Origin: Bdellovibrionales bacterium
GTDB taxonomy: Bacteria > Bdellovibrionota > FAC87 > UBA2466 > JACKAF01
Length of the DNA: 50,810 nucleotides
Reading direction: 5' to 3'
NCBI GenBank assembly: GCA_020435295.1
Contig: JAGQZV010000001.1
Location: forward strand, 1-50,810
Positions 1 to 9,543 of the stretch are shown here, piece by piece. The number at the start of each line of letters is the position of its first letter. Within the stretch, counting starts at the first letter, position 1. The notes under the pieces were generated by a model, which did not search any database, was not told the origin of the DNA, and saw nothing but the letters and a program-made list of their open reading frames with translations. A program made the translations under genes and the position numbers.

Positions 1-1110
1 ATTGTTGGGGCGCAGATAGTAAAAATATTTCGTCTAGAAGAGACCTTGATTCGAAAGTTTAGATCCTACCAAGATCACTATTACCGGATGTTGCGGCGAT
101 CGATACAGGTGCAGGAGACCGCTACGCCCGCGGTGGAGTTCGTGGGTGCATTGTTGATGGCTGGTGTACTTTACTATGGGGCACACCGTATAGCTATTGG
201 TGAGCTGACGTCAGGAAAGCTTATTGCTTTTATTATCGCGATCGGGCTTGCGCAAATGCCCATCAAGAAACTGAATAACTCCTACCTACGATTGAAAATC
301 GCGGAAGCTGCCGGTGAACGTGTGTACGGTTATATTGATAGCCCTCTGCCTCACCACGCCAGTGCCCGGGCGGTCGATCGATTTAGCTCGACGATTGAAT
401 ACCGCAATGTAGGGCTGCGCTATGGCGAAGAGTGGGCGCTCAAGGACATCTCGTTCACCGTTCGTCGCGGGGAGTGCGTGGCGTTCGTGGGACCAAGCGG
501 TGCCGGGAAGACGAGTTTAGTCAACCTATTGCCGCGGCTATTCGAGGTCTCCAGTGGATCTATCCTTTTAGACGGGACTGACATTCGCGCACTAGACGTT
601 CACCATTTGCGTGGGCTTATCTCCGTTGTGAATCAGGAGACTTTCTTGTTCAATGACACCATTTGGGAGAACATTCGCTATGGTCGGCCAGATGCCTCTG
701 AACGTGAAATTCGTGATGCCGCCGAAATGGCCAACTGTCTTCCGTTTGTTTCTCGGTTCAGCGACGGGTTTCAAACTCGAGTCGGCGACCGTGGGAGCCA
801 CTTGAGTGGCGGAGAGAGGCAGCGGGTGGCGATCGCCCGTTCCCTGCTGAAGGGAGCGCCAATTCTAGTTCTCGACGAAGCGACTTCAAGTTTGGATAGC
901 GAGTCGGAGGCGATGGTTCAAGGGGCGCTCGAGCGACTCATGAAGGATCGAACGGTCTTCATGATCGCACATCGGTTTAGCACGATAAAGACGGCAGATC
1001 GGATCTTTGTGATAGAAGATGGGCAGATTGGCGAGGATGGCACCCACAGCGACCTGATTTCAAACCGTGGCACCTATAGCCGTCTTTTGGAGCGTCAGGT
1101 TTTCATTTGA
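1..1110 (+). CDS. ABC exporter with fused permease and ATPase, MsbA-like, 5'-truncated by the window edge
   Basis: Frame 1 is open from base 1 (IVGAQIVKIFRLEETLIRKF...). Walker A GPSGAGKTS, ABC signature LSGGERQRVAIAR, Walker B ILVLDEATSSLD and H-loop IAHR are present. The preceding TM/coupling segment is typical of type-I exporters. Confidence 0.85.
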   Translation: MVGAQIVKIFRLEETLIRKFRSYQDHYYRMLRRSIQVQETATPAVEFVGALLMAGVLYYGAHRIAIGELTSGKLIAFIIAIGLAQMPIKKLNNSYLRLKIAEAAGERVYGYIDSPLPHHASARAVDRFSSTIEYRNVGLRYGEEWALKDISFTVRRGECVAFVGPSGAGKTSLVNLLPRLFEVSSGSILLDGTDIRALDVHHLRGLISVVNQETFLFNDTIWENIRYGRPDASEREIRDAAEMANCLPFVSRFSDGFQTRVGDRGSHLSGGERQRVAIARSLLKGAPILVLDEATSSLDSESEAMVQGALERLMKDRTVFMIAHRFSTIKTADRIFVIEDGQIGEDGTHSDLISNRGTYSRLLERQVFI

Positions 1111-1112
1111 GG

Positions 1113-1445
1113 TTACTTGGCGGTGGGTGCTTTTTTCGGTTTTTGCGAGTTGACGTCTACAAACTCTTCCGTGGGCTCCACACTCATTACCGTTCCAGCA
1201 TTGGTATAGTCCCTTGGTTTTACACACCCGTACATTTTTTTGATAAGCATCTCGTGCGCTTCCCCCTCTAGGTCCTTTAGCAAAGCGGCCCTCAGATGGA
1301 ACGGAACGTGTGCGTGGGTCGAGTCGAGGTACGCCAAATACTCTTCGGCCACCTCCCGAGTAAAAGCGCCTATGTCGTCGTAGCTGCGGTTAAAAAGGTT
1401 GTGTTCGAATAACTGGAAGAGCGGATCTACCACTTTGTATTTCAT
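1113..1445 (-). CDS. hypothetical protein (110 aa) with a lysine-rich C-terminal tail
   Basis: Clean ATG-initiated ORF that fills the gap after the ABC exporter. No motif recognised. Confidence 0.45.
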   Translation of the reverse strand: MKYKVVDPLFQLFEHNLFNRSYDDIGAFTREVAEEYLAYLDSTHAHVPFHLRAALLKDLEGEAHEMLIKKMYGCVKPRDYTNAGTVMSVEPTEEFVDVNSQKPKKAPTAK

Positions 1446-1704
1446 GCCTCGGCCTCATCATACGACCGTCCTTGGGTGATCTTTGCCTCCGTGGCAGGTG
1501 GGAAACGTCCCAATTTTTTCAACGGCGCCCGAGGGCTCCCCCTTTAGGACTTTAGACGGGGTGTCGCGTCATTGTGCGGCGTAACGCACTGGATTATTTG
1601 CGACTTTTTTGAGGCCCTCTGGGCCCGAACAGAACCCATACAAGAAGAATACAGCGGGGGCGGGTGTAAATAACTGTAATTTAATGATATTTCTGCGTGC
1701 CCCT

Positions 1705-1720
1705 TGGCAAGGGCTTTGCA
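1705..1720 (+). promoter_or_regulatory. sigma-54 (-24/-12) promoter candidate, TGGCAA-GGGCT-TTGCA
   Basis: Read directly: TGGCAAGGGCTTTGCA, against the consensus TGGCAC-N5-TTGCA, with exact GG-N10-GC spacing. It lies 59 nt upstream of the ATG at 1779. Confidence 0.6.
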
Positions 1721-1778
1721 CTTCTAGAGCTCAGGCGGGGCGCGTAGGCACGGCCCGTCGCAACTAGGTGTATACAGC

Positions 1779-2258
1779 ATGAACACGACTTTAAAACTAC
1801 GCTTCGTTCAAGGAGTAGGCCTTCTCGGGGCCTTGTTCCTTTTGAGCGGCTGTTTTGCTAAGTCGTGTCAAAAGCTACCCGACCAGCGGTTTCAAAGCAT
1901 CACAGAGACCGAATGGCGCCTCGTCTATACGACGGAGCCGAGCACTGCCTCGCAGCTAAACAACTACAATTTTACGATTTTGAGCTTTACTGACTCTTTC
2001 GATATCCAAATGACGTCGGTTAAAAACAACCAGCAAGCGGGTACGCCCGAGGTTGTGGGCGAGTACGCCGTTCAGAACGGCGAAATCATCATTGCCAAGC
2101 TCGAGAGTTTCGATGGGAACAGCCTTGGCACCACGGTTTGGTCTTTTACCCTCTCCCGAACCCTCACGCTCATCGATACCTCAACGGGGTTTACCTTCGT
2201 ATTCTACCCTTTTGAGGGAATTGTGAAGCCTGACTTCCAGTGCGAGTTCAAATTCTAG
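1779..2258 (+). CDS. putative lipoprotein (159 aa)
   Basis: N-terminal signal peptide ending in the lipobox LLSGC. Small beta-rich mature domain. Downstream of the sigma-54 promoter candidate. Confidence 0.6.
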   Translation: MNTTLKLRFVQGVGLLGALFLLSGCFAKSCQKLPDQRFQSITETEWRLVYTTEPSTASQLNNYNFTILSFTDSFDIQMTSVKNNQQAGTPEVVGEYAVQNGEIIIAKLESFDGNSLGTTVWSFTLSRTLTLIDTSTGFTFVFYPFEGIVKPDFQCEFKF

Positions 2259-2369
2259 AATCCCCGTATTTATCTGGATTTTCATTGCGGCCCTAAACGA
2301 CTTACGTTAAGTAACCAGTGTAATCTGTTGCCTTGCATAAGAGTTTGCAAAGCATATTAAGGAGTGGGT

Positions 2370-2867
2370 ATGGCGCCGCGAAACCTGAAGTTAGAGATTC
2401 AAAAAGAAGTCCAGAAAGTGGCAAACTCGAAGTTTCTGAAAGAGTTTTCCAAACAATTGAACGGGTATGAGAAGAAGGTCCGAGATGTGGTCCGGGACTT
2501 CAACCTTCGCAGCCAGGAAGCACGGTCCAAGAGCAAGAAGCAGATGGACCAGTTTACTAAGCGCCTGAACAAGACCCGCAAAGACGTTGAAAAGACTCTG
2601 AAATCATTGATTAATGAGGAGTCTAGGCTGCTCAACAAGAGTTTCAATGAGCTCGTTTCTCACCTCAAGGACCTGGCAGAGCAAGATAAGCAGGCCGCCA
2701 AAGCTCCCAAGAAGAAGGCAGCCGCGAAGAGCCGCAAGAAGAGCGCTCCGAAGAAAAAGCGGCTTCAGACCTTGAAAAGCTTGCACGAAAGCCACAAGGA
2801 AGAAGCCGGGGAAAAAGTGGTAGGCTCCGTTTCTACGGATGAGGCCGCTCCGTCTCCGGTTCAATAA
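2370..2867 (+). CDS. lysine-rich coiled-coil protein with an H1-like AKKA/KKK tail
   Basis: AAGGAG Shine-Dalgarno 6 nt before the ATG at 2370 (the ORF track starts at GTG 2364). Heptad-like K/E-rich body, then a KAPKKKAAAKSRKKSAPKKKR tail. Confidence 0.6.
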   Translation: MAPRNLKLEIQKEVQKVANSKFLKEFSKQLNGYEKKVRDVVRDFNLRSQEARSKSKKQMDQFTKRLNKTRKDVEKTLKSLINEESRLLNKSFNELVSHLKDLAEQDKQAAKAPKKKAAAKSRKKSAPKKKRLQTLKSLHESHKEEAGEKVVGSVSTDEAAPSPVQ

Positions 2868-3810
2868 TTTGCAAGTCCTGCATAGCCTTGAAGCTTTATC
2901 CGGGCATCAGGGCCCGACTGCGGTTGCTATAGGTAACTTTGATGGGGTTCACATCGGCCACCAGGCCTTGCTGAGCGACTTGCGCAAGGCCGCCGAGCAG
3001 ACCCAGCTCAAACTCACGGTGCTGACTTTTTTTCCGCATCCCGTGGAAGTGCTAAATCCCGGTAAGACGTTGGAGTGCCTCTCCACGAGCGCAGAGAAGC
3101 TCGTGCAGTTGGAGGCTGCCGGCGTGGAACTGGTTCTCGTAGCGCCCTTTGACCGTCAGCTGGCCCAACTCTCTCCGGATTCGTTTTTTCAGCAGTATCT
3201 GGTGCAGGGGCTCCAAGCCCGGCGGGTGCACGTCGGGTACAATTTCTGTTTTGGCCGCAATCGGGCCGGGGACACCGAGTCTCTTCGGCGTCTCTGCGAA
3301 GGGGCGAAGGTGACGCTACACGTAGCGCCCGCCTACAAGCTTGCTGGCGAGGTGGTGAGCAGTTCGCGCATTCGCCAAGCCGTTACGCGCGGGAGCGTGG
3401 AGCAGGCGGGTAGATTGCTGGGGCGTCCGTACAGCATCGCTGGAACGGTAATGGCCGGTGCCGGGCGTGGTCGGAAACTGGGAGTTCCCACCGCAAATCT
3501 CGCCTACCCGCCAGGGAAGGTGCTTCCCCAGACCGGCGTTTACGTTACCCGTACAGCGTGGCAGGGCCAGCTCTTTCATTCTGTGACCAACGTTGGTGTG
3601 AAACCCACCTTCGAGCAGGCTGGGTGCCCGGTAGTGATCGAAAGTCATCTTTTAGATTTTTCGGGTCAACTGTACGGGGAAACCATCGAAGTGAGTTTTC
3701 TTTCCCGACTTCGCGAAGAGAGGAAGTTTTCGTCTGTGGACGAACTCAAGGTGGCCATTGAAGGTGATATCAGATCCGCCGAACGCTATTTTTCAAAGCC
3801 TGGGGCTTGA
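2839..3810 (+). CDS. ribF: bifunctional riboflavin kinase / FMN adenylyltransferase
   Basis: The N-terminal AIGNFDGVHIGHQ nucleotidyltransferase motif and the C-terminal riboflavin kinase region (PTANL..., GVY, ...IESHLLDF) are characteristic of RibF. The start is uncertain; an alternative TTG lies at 2869. Confidence 0.9.
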   Translation: MRPLRLRFNNLQVLHSLEALSGHQGPTAVAIGNFDGVHIGHQALLSDLRKAAEQTQLKLTVLTFFPHPVEVLNPGKTLECLSTSAEKLVQLEAAGVELVLVAPFDRQLAQLSPDSFFQQYLVQGLQARRVHVGYNFCFGRNRAGDTESLRRLCEGAKVTLHVAPAYKLAGEVVSSSRIRQAVTRGSVEQAGRLLGRPYSIAGTVMAGAGRGRKLGVPTANLAYPPGKVLPQTGVYVTRTAWQGQLFHSVTNVGVKPTFEQAGCPVVIESHLLDFSGQLYGETIEVSFLSRLREERKFSSVDELKVAIEGDIRSAERYFSKPGA

Positions 3811-3827
3811 GCTATAGTTATCTGAAG

Positions 3828-5222
3828 ATGGCCGCTACAGAGCCCCACATATTGATTCTTGCAGCGGGAATGGGCACCCGCATGAAGTCTACCATTTCGA
3901 AGGTGCTCCATCCGGTGCTTTACCGGCCCATGCTGCACCACTTGTTGGATGTTGCCTCAAAACTTCCGCATGCTTCGTTGAACGTTGTGGTGGGTGAGAA
4001 CCGTGAGCAAGTGGCTGAGGCGTGTGCCGAGTACAAGGCGCTCAACTATGTGGATCAACCCAGTCCGCGAGGCACTGGCCATGCTGTGTTATGTGCGAGA
4101 GAGGCCCTTCAAAAAAAAGGTGGGACGGTTCTTGTTCTCAACGGTGACGTAATACTGATGCGCCCGGAAACGTTGAGCGCCTTTGTGGAGTCACATGCGG
4201 CAAAAGGGGCGGTCGGCAGTCTGGTTTCCGCCCAGTTCAAAGATCCCCGCGGCTATGGACGGATATTAAGGGACGGTGCCGGGCGTCCGCTTGCCATACG
4301 CGAAGAAAAAGACTGTTCCGAAACAGAAAGGCAAGTAAGCGAAATAAACGTAGGCGTATATTTGTTTGATACGGACGCCTTATTTGAATCGCTGGAGCGT
4401 GTTCAGACCGGAAACAAACAAAAAGAATATTATCTGACCGACGTGATTGAGATTTTAATCTCGCGCGCTGAATCGGTGAATGCGTTTATGATAGCCGATC
4501 CTACAGAAGCGCTCGGGATCAACGATCGCCTAGCGCTTGCAGAGGCCGAGCGGATTCTCTCGGGGCGCCTGCGGGCGTACTGGATGCGAGAAGGCGTAAG
4601 TCTGCAAGTGCCGGAGACGATTACCATCGATTCCCGCAGTCGACTGAGCCGCGACGTCCAGATTGAAGGCAATTGTCGCGTTGTGAATTCAAGCATCGAG
4701 TCTGGCGTGTACATCGAAGCCGGTTGCCGAATTGAGAACTCCACCATTCGGGCAGGAGTGCACCTAAAAGAGGGCTGCTACCTTGAAGATTCCGATGTGG
4801 GTCCGAATTCGACCCTCGGGCCTTACCTACACCTTCGTCCCGGAACACGGCTGGAAGCTGGGGTGAAACTAGGAAATTTTGTGGAAGTGAAAAACAGCCA
4901 TATTGGAAAGGATTCTAAGGCCTCCCATCTCAGCTATATTGGTGACGCTGAAGTGGGCGCAGACGTCAATATTGGTTGTGGTTTTGTTACCTGCAATTAC
5001 GACGGAACAAATAAACACCGAACAGTAATTGAAGACGGCGTGTTTGTTGGGAGTGATTCGCAAACCGTGGCGCCTCTTACCATTGGAAAGGGCGCCTATG
5101 TGGCGTCCGGTACGACGCTCACGCGGGATGTGCCACCCGGAGCGCTTGCCATAGCTCGTCTGAAGCAAACCAATAAAGAGGGCTTTGTGGCGCGGCTCAA
5201 GTCCAGGAAGAAGAAAGACTAA
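3828..5222 (+). CDS. glmU: bifunctional UDP-GlcNAc pyrophosphorylase / GlcN-1-P N-acetyltransferase
   Basis: ILAAGMGTRMKS nucleotidyltransferase motif plus a C-terminal left-handed beta-helix of hexapeptide repeats. ATG 3828 is preferred over the TTG at 3807 in the ORF track. Confidence 0.92.
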   Translation: MAATEPHILILAAGMGTRMKSTISKVLHPVLYRPMLHHLLDVASKLPHASLNVVVGENREQVAEACAEYKALNYVDQPSPRGTGHAVLCAREALQKKGGTVLVLNGDVILMRPETLSAFVESHAAKGAVGSLVSAQFKDPRGYGRILRDGAGRPLAIREEKDCSETERQVSEINVGVYLFDTDALFESLERVQTGNKQKEYYLTDVIEILISRAESVNAFMIADPTEALGINDRLALAEAERILSGRLRAYWMREGVSLQVPETITIDSRSRLSRDVQIEGNCRVVNSSIESGVYIEAGCRIENSTIRAGVHLKEGCYLEDSDVGPNSTLGPYLHLRPGTRLEAGVKLGNFVEVKNSHIGKDSKASHLSYIGDAEVGADVNIGCGFVTCNYDGTNKHRTVIEDGVFVGSDSQTVAPLTIGKGAYVASGTTLTRDVPPGALAIARLKQTNKEGFVARLKSRKKKD

Positions 5223-5223
5223 C

Positions 5224-7089
5224 ATGTGCGGAATTATCGGATACACCGGGGAAAAAGAACCCAAAGAAACTCTCCTTCAAGCTTTGAAACGGCTGGAATA
5301 CCGAGGTTACGACTCGGCGGGGATAGCTACTCTCGAAGGCGGGGACTTCAGAGTCTACCGCTGTGAAGGCCGCCTAGAAGGTCTGGAAGCCAAGCTCAAA
5401 GATGAGCATCTTCAATCCACGATCGGCATCGGTCATACCCGGTGGGCAACTCATGGCGCCCCTATTGAACGCAACGCACACCCCCACCGAGTGGGATCGG
5501 TAGTGCTCGTTCACAATGGAATTGTTGAAAACTACGCCCATCACAAAGCCAAATTGGAGGCAGCAGGTCGGAAGATACAAAGTGACACGGATTCCGAAAT
5601 CGTCGCTCACCTCATTGATCAGAAAATGGCGGAGGGGGTGGCTTTTGTAAAAGCCGTACAACTTGTACTCCCCACCTTGGAAGGATCCTATGCCTTTGTG
5701 ATCATGAGCACTACAGAACCCAATACGATTGTAGCGGCGAGAAATGGAAGCCCGCTTTTGATTGGGATTGGCGAAAAAGAAATGTACTGTGCCTCAGACG
5801 TGCAGGCCATTCTTTCGTGGACTAATAAAGTAGTCTACCTAGAAGACAAACAAATGGCGGTATGCACTCCTAGCCGCTACGAGATACTTGATGCGGCTGG
5901 CGTACCGGTAAAATCGGAAGTCAAGCAGATCAAGTGGACGGCGGACGAGCTGGGTAAGGTTGGCTACGCCCATTTCATGCTGAAGGAGATCCACGAACAG
6001 CCGCGCGCACTGACCAACACCATCGAAGGCAACATCAATCACTCGGATGAGATCATTGCCATTAAGGATCTGGGGTTGTTCAGAAAAAATCTCAAAGCGA
6101 TTAACCGCGTAAGCATTGTTGCCTGCGGGACCTCTTTGCACGCAGGTTTGTTGGGCAAATATTACATCGAACAATTTTCGCGCTTGCCCGTTGAGGTGGA
6201 CTACGCCTCGGAGTTTCGGTATCGAAACCCGATTCTGGAGCGCGACAACTTATGCATTTTTATCTCCCAGTCGGGCGAAACCTTGGACACGCTTGCGGCG
6301 ATGCGGGAAGCAAAATCTAGGGGCGTGCCGTGCCTCGCGATCTGTAATGTTCGAGACAGTACGCTCGCGCGCGAGGCGGACGCTACCATTTACACGAACG
6401 CGGGGCCCGAGATCGGGGTGGCGTCGACCAAAGCGTTTACCGCGCAAACTGCCGTGCTGTACATGCTTGCGGTAGAGATGGGGCATATCCACGCAAGTTT
6501 ATTCAAGACGCAGTACCAGGAGCTTACCCGAGAGATCGTGCGGACACCCTTTCTGATGGAAAAAGTACTGGGCCTAGAGGAGTCGATCAAGAAAGCGGCG
6601 GCAGAGTACCAGGACTTTCGCTGCTTTTTTTATGTAGGGCGTGGCATCTACTACCCTGTGGCGCTGGAGGGAGCGCTCAAATTGAAGGAGATCACCTATC
6701 TGCATGCCGAAGGCTACCCTGCTGGAGAACTGAAGCATGGTCCTATTGCCCTTATCAGCGAGGATGTGGTGACTTTCGTGCTGGCTCCGCAGGCGAGTTC
6801 GAATCCGCCCAATAACCCCACAACAAGTCGCGTGTACTACGATAAGCTGATGGCCAACCTTGAAGAGGTGAAGGCACGCAACGGAAAGATTATTGCGGTC
6901 GGCACAGAGAATGACAGCCGCCTAGCCGAGCGCGCCGATGTTTTTTGGGCGCTCCCTTCGGCAGGGTGGGCGATAAACCCCATGTTATTGAGTATTCCCG
7001 TTCAGCTTTTTGCCTACCACGTAGCATTAAACCTAGGGACTGACGTCGACAAGCCGCGTAATCTCGCAAAGAGTGTCACGGTTGAGTAG
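5224..7089 (+). CDS. glmS: glutamine--fructose-6-phosphate aminotransferase
   Basis: Canonical N-terminus MCGIIGY (Ntn Cys2), two SIS domains and the C-terminal ...KSVTVE. The ORF-track start at 5185 is an upstream in-frame extension overlapping glmU. Confidence 0.95.
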   Translation: MCGIIGYTGEKEPKETLLQALKRLEYRGYDSAGIATLEGGDFRVYRCEGRLEGLEAKLKDEHLQSTIGIGHTRWATHGAPIERNAHPHRVGSVVLVHNGIVENYAHHKAKLEAAGRKIQSDTDSEIVAHLIDQKMAEGVAFVKAVQLVLPTLEGSYAFVIMSTTEPNTIVAARNGSPLLIGIGEKEMYCASDVQAILSWTNKVVYLEDKQMAVCTPSRYEILDAAGVPVKSEVKQIKWTADELGKVGYAHFMLKEIHEQPRALTNTIEGNINHSDEIIAIKDLGLFRKNLKAINRVSIVACGTSLHAGLLGKYYIEQFSRLPVEVDYASEFRYRNPILERDNLCIFISQSGETLDTLAAMREAKSRGVPCLAICNVRDSTLAREADATIYTNAGPEIGVASTKAFTAQTAVLYMLAVEMGHIHASLFKTQYQELTREIVRTPFLMEKVLGLEESIKKAAAEYQDFRCFFYVGRGIYYPVALEGALKLKEITYLHAEGYPAGELKHGPIALISEDVVTFVLAPQASSNPPNNPTTSRVYYDKLMANLEEVKARNGKIIAVGTENDSRLAERADVFWALPSAGWAINPMLLSIPVQLFAYHVALNLGTDVDKPRNLAKSVTVE

Positions 7090-7300
7090 AGTGTGGTTTT
7101 TGCGTGGTGTCAATTTTGTGACTGTCACTGAGTAGACATGCCCACTAACTGGTCTCAAATACACGCCTTTAGAGGCTGCCCATAAATTATCTGGTTGACG
7201 TACCGAAAACAATGTAAAATTAAAGGCTAAGAGTCCCCGCTTTACAAATTTTACTAATCTCATCTTTTTTTGGGTCTCAAAAAAGCCTTAGGAGGTTTGA

Positions 7301-7948
7301 ATGAGGTCGTTCGTTGCCAATAATAAAGGTTTTACGTTGGTGGAGTTGCTGATCGTGGTTGCGATTATCGGCGTGCTCTCTACCATCGGTATCCCCACTT
7401 TCCGAAGCATGGTGCAAAAAGCCAAGAAATCGGAAGCGAAAGTGGCGCTTGGTGGCTTGTACACCGCGGAAGCCGCCTTCTTCGCAGAATATGGTGGCTA
7501 CGGCAACAACCTGACCCACGTCGGTTTCGATCTGGAAGGCCAGGGCCGCATTTATAGCGTCGGTTTTCCCAACGCGACCGGTGCCTGTGCGAACCGTGGG
7601 ACTGCGCATCCGATCGCCGCATCCGGCCCCGGGCGTGTGATTCGCCAAGTGGTCTCGGGTTACGATACGTCACCGATAACGGTAATTGGTGCGGACCCAA
7701 CCTTGGCGAATTCCCAATGCTTCTCTGGAGATGTGAACGACACGGGTAACCAGTTTACCGCCACAGCAGCGGGCATTATTTCAGCGGCGGCCAAAGACAT
7801 CAACTTCGCCGATATTTGGAACATGAACCACGAACGGCGACTCTTCAACTGTCAGGATGGCGTAGGCAGAAGCTCAGGCACGGCCGCGTGTCCGGCGGCG
7901 CCCACGGGTGGCGGTACGTCTCCTCCGCCAACGCCTCCGACTCCTTAG
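7301..7948 (+). CDS. type IV pilin-like protein (prepilin with class III signal)
   Basis: Leader MRSFVANNKG followed by FTLVELLIVVAIIGVL (Gly-1, Phe+1, Glu+5). AGGAGG Shine-Dalgarno at 7289-7294. Four Cys in the globular part and a Pro/Thr-rich C-terminal tail. Confidence 0.85.
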   Translation: MRSFVANNKGFTLVELLIVVAIIGVLSTIGIPTFRSMVQKAKKSEAKVALGGLYTAEAAFFAEYGGYGNNLTHVGFDLEGQGRIYSVGFPNATGACANRGTAHPIAASGPGRVIRQVVSGYDTSPITVIGADPTLANSQCFSGDVNDTGNQFTATAAGIISAAAKDINFADIWNMNHERRLFNCQDGVGRSSGTAACPAAPTGGGTSPPPTPPTP

Positions 7949-7969
7949 TGAGTTAGTGCGAGAAATTTC

Positions 7970-9403
7970 TTAACCTAGCTTTTCTTCTCGATCGTCCTCG
8001 TCGTCGACGCTGAGGCTACCGAGATTGTATTTGTCCACGCGATAACGCATGCTGCGAAAGCTGATATTTAAAAGCTTAGCAGCGCGCTTTTTCACGCCGC
8101 CCGTTTGTTGCAGAGCGCGGACAAGCAAGGCTCGTTCAAAATCTCCAACCAAAGCCTCGAGCTCGATGCCATTTTCTTCATCGATCTCGATCTTGTTGGC
8201 ATCAAGCTGGCCAGCGGGCTGGTGGCTCTCCATCATGTGGCGAGGCAAACTCTCCGGCAGAATGGCTGGGCCGGGTTCCAAAGCCACGGTGCGCTCCACG
8301 ATATTTTCGAGCTCGCGCACGTTGCCAGGGTAATGGTACGAGCGGAGTACTTCCATCGCTTCATTGCTAATCTTTTTTACGTCAATTCCCAGCGCTTTAG
8401 AGAACTTCTCCAGGAAGTGGTTTGCGAGCATCGGAATGTCTTCACGGCGCTCGCGGAGCGGGGGACATTGGATCTGAATGACGTTCAAACGGTAGAAAAG
8501 GTCTTCGCGGAACCGGCCGCCTTTTACTTCGGCTTCCAGGTCCTTATTGGTAGCGGAGATGATGCGCACTTCTACCTGGATATCTTCCGTACCACCAACA
8601 CGCTTGAAGGTGCCTTCCTGAATCACGCGAAGCAGTTTTACCTGCATGCTGAGCGGCAATTCTCCTAACTCATCCAGGAAAATGGTTCCGCCGTTTGCAA
8701 CTTCGAAAAGACCTTTCTTGTCAGCAATGGCACCGGTGAAAGAGCCTTTGCGGTGACCGAACATTTCGCTTTCCATGAGGTTCTCAGGAATCGCTCCGCA
8801 GTTGACCGTAACAAACGGACGGTTCTTGAGCGGACCATTATAGTGGACGGCTCGTGCGATTAATTCTTTACCGGTTCCGCTTTCACCCGTAATCAGAACA
8901 GAACTCTTGGTATTGGCGATACGTCGCACCATTTCGTAGATGCGCAACATCGGAGGGGCACCGCCGATGATGTTGTCAAAGGCGTACTTGGAGCCCAGTT
9001 CTTTCTTAAGCTGAGCGTTCTCAAGTTTAAGAATGCGTTGCTCCAATGCGTGCGCAATAACAATTTTCACTTCTTCCAATTTGAATGGCTTTTGGATGTA
9101 GTCGTGAGCCCCGAGCTTCATGGCTTCTACAGCAGTATCGGTAGAGCCAAAAGCGGTGATCATAATGATGGGGAGTTCAGGATCCATCTCTTTCACCTTT
9201 ACCAGAAGCTCCATTCCGGAAACTTCGGGCATTTGGATGTCTGAGATAACCAGATCGACCTGGTTTTTTCTTAAAAAGTCGAGTGCCTCGCGGCCATTCG
9301 GTGCGCAGACTACTTGGTAGCCCTCGCGCTTCAGCATGATTTCAAAAAACTCGCGTATGCTTTCTTCGTCATCAACAACTAAGATCCTGCGCAGATTCAT
9401 CAC
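7970..9403 (-). CDS. sigma-54-dependent response regulator (NtrC/PilR family enhancer-binding protein)
   Basis: REC domain (VVDDE..., DLVISD, KP). AAA+ sigma-54 activation domain (GESGTGKE Walker A, ESEMFGH GAFTGA-type loop, FLDELGE Walker B). C-terminal Fis-type HTH. Confidence 0.92.
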   Translation of the reverse strand: MMNLRRILVVDDEESIREFFEIMLKREGYQVVCAPNGREALDFLRKNQVDLVISDIQMPEVSGMELLVKVKEMDPELPIIMITAFGSTDTAVEAMKLGAHDYIQKPFKLEEVKIVIAHALEQRILKLENAQLKKELGSKYAFDNIIGGAPPMLRIYEMVRRIANTKSSVLITGESGTGKELIARAVHYNGPLKNRPFVTVNCGAIPENLMESEMFGHRKGSFTGAIADKKGLFEVANGGTIFLDELGELPLSMQVKLLRVIQEGTFKRVGGTEDIQVEVRIISATNKDLEAEVKGGRFREDLFYRLNVIQIQCPPLRERREDIPMLANHFLEKFSKALGIDVKKISNEAMEVLRSYHYPGNVRELENIVERTVALEPGPAILPESLPRHMMESHQPAGQLDANKIEIDEENGIELEALVGDFERALLVRALQQTGGVKKRAAKLLNISFRSMRYRVDKYNLGSLSVDDEDDREEKLG

Positions 9404-9543
9404 TCACCTCGAAGAACAACTGTAACCAACAATAAAAACTCTTCTATGGAATGTGAGGGAGTAATAGCCAGAAAGCATACTGCATGAGTACAGATGCTAG
9501 TCTTAATGCCCTCTCACGTTCCAAACTCTTCTCACTGTACATG

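Noticed and set aside
5185-5223. Upstream in-frame extensions given by the ORF track: glmS from 5185, ctaB from 37581, crtE from 41968, crtB from 44505, the ABC-2 permease from 39472, oppA from 16953, the crt-linked membrane protein from 45433, and mtnA from 31700.
   Set aside because: In each case a downstream start gives the canonical family N-terminus (for example MCGIIGY), has a Shine-Dalgarno and/or forms a stop-start overlap with the preceding gene. The extension overlaps the upstream gene or a promoter.
7105-7120. Sigma-54-like sequence TGGTGTCAATTTTGTG upstream of the pilin gene, next to the palindrome gtgac-t-gtcac at 7118-7128.
   Set aside because: The -12 element is GT instead of the nearly invariant GC, and the -24 block is poor. 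It is kept only as a note. The pilin promoter remains unidentified.
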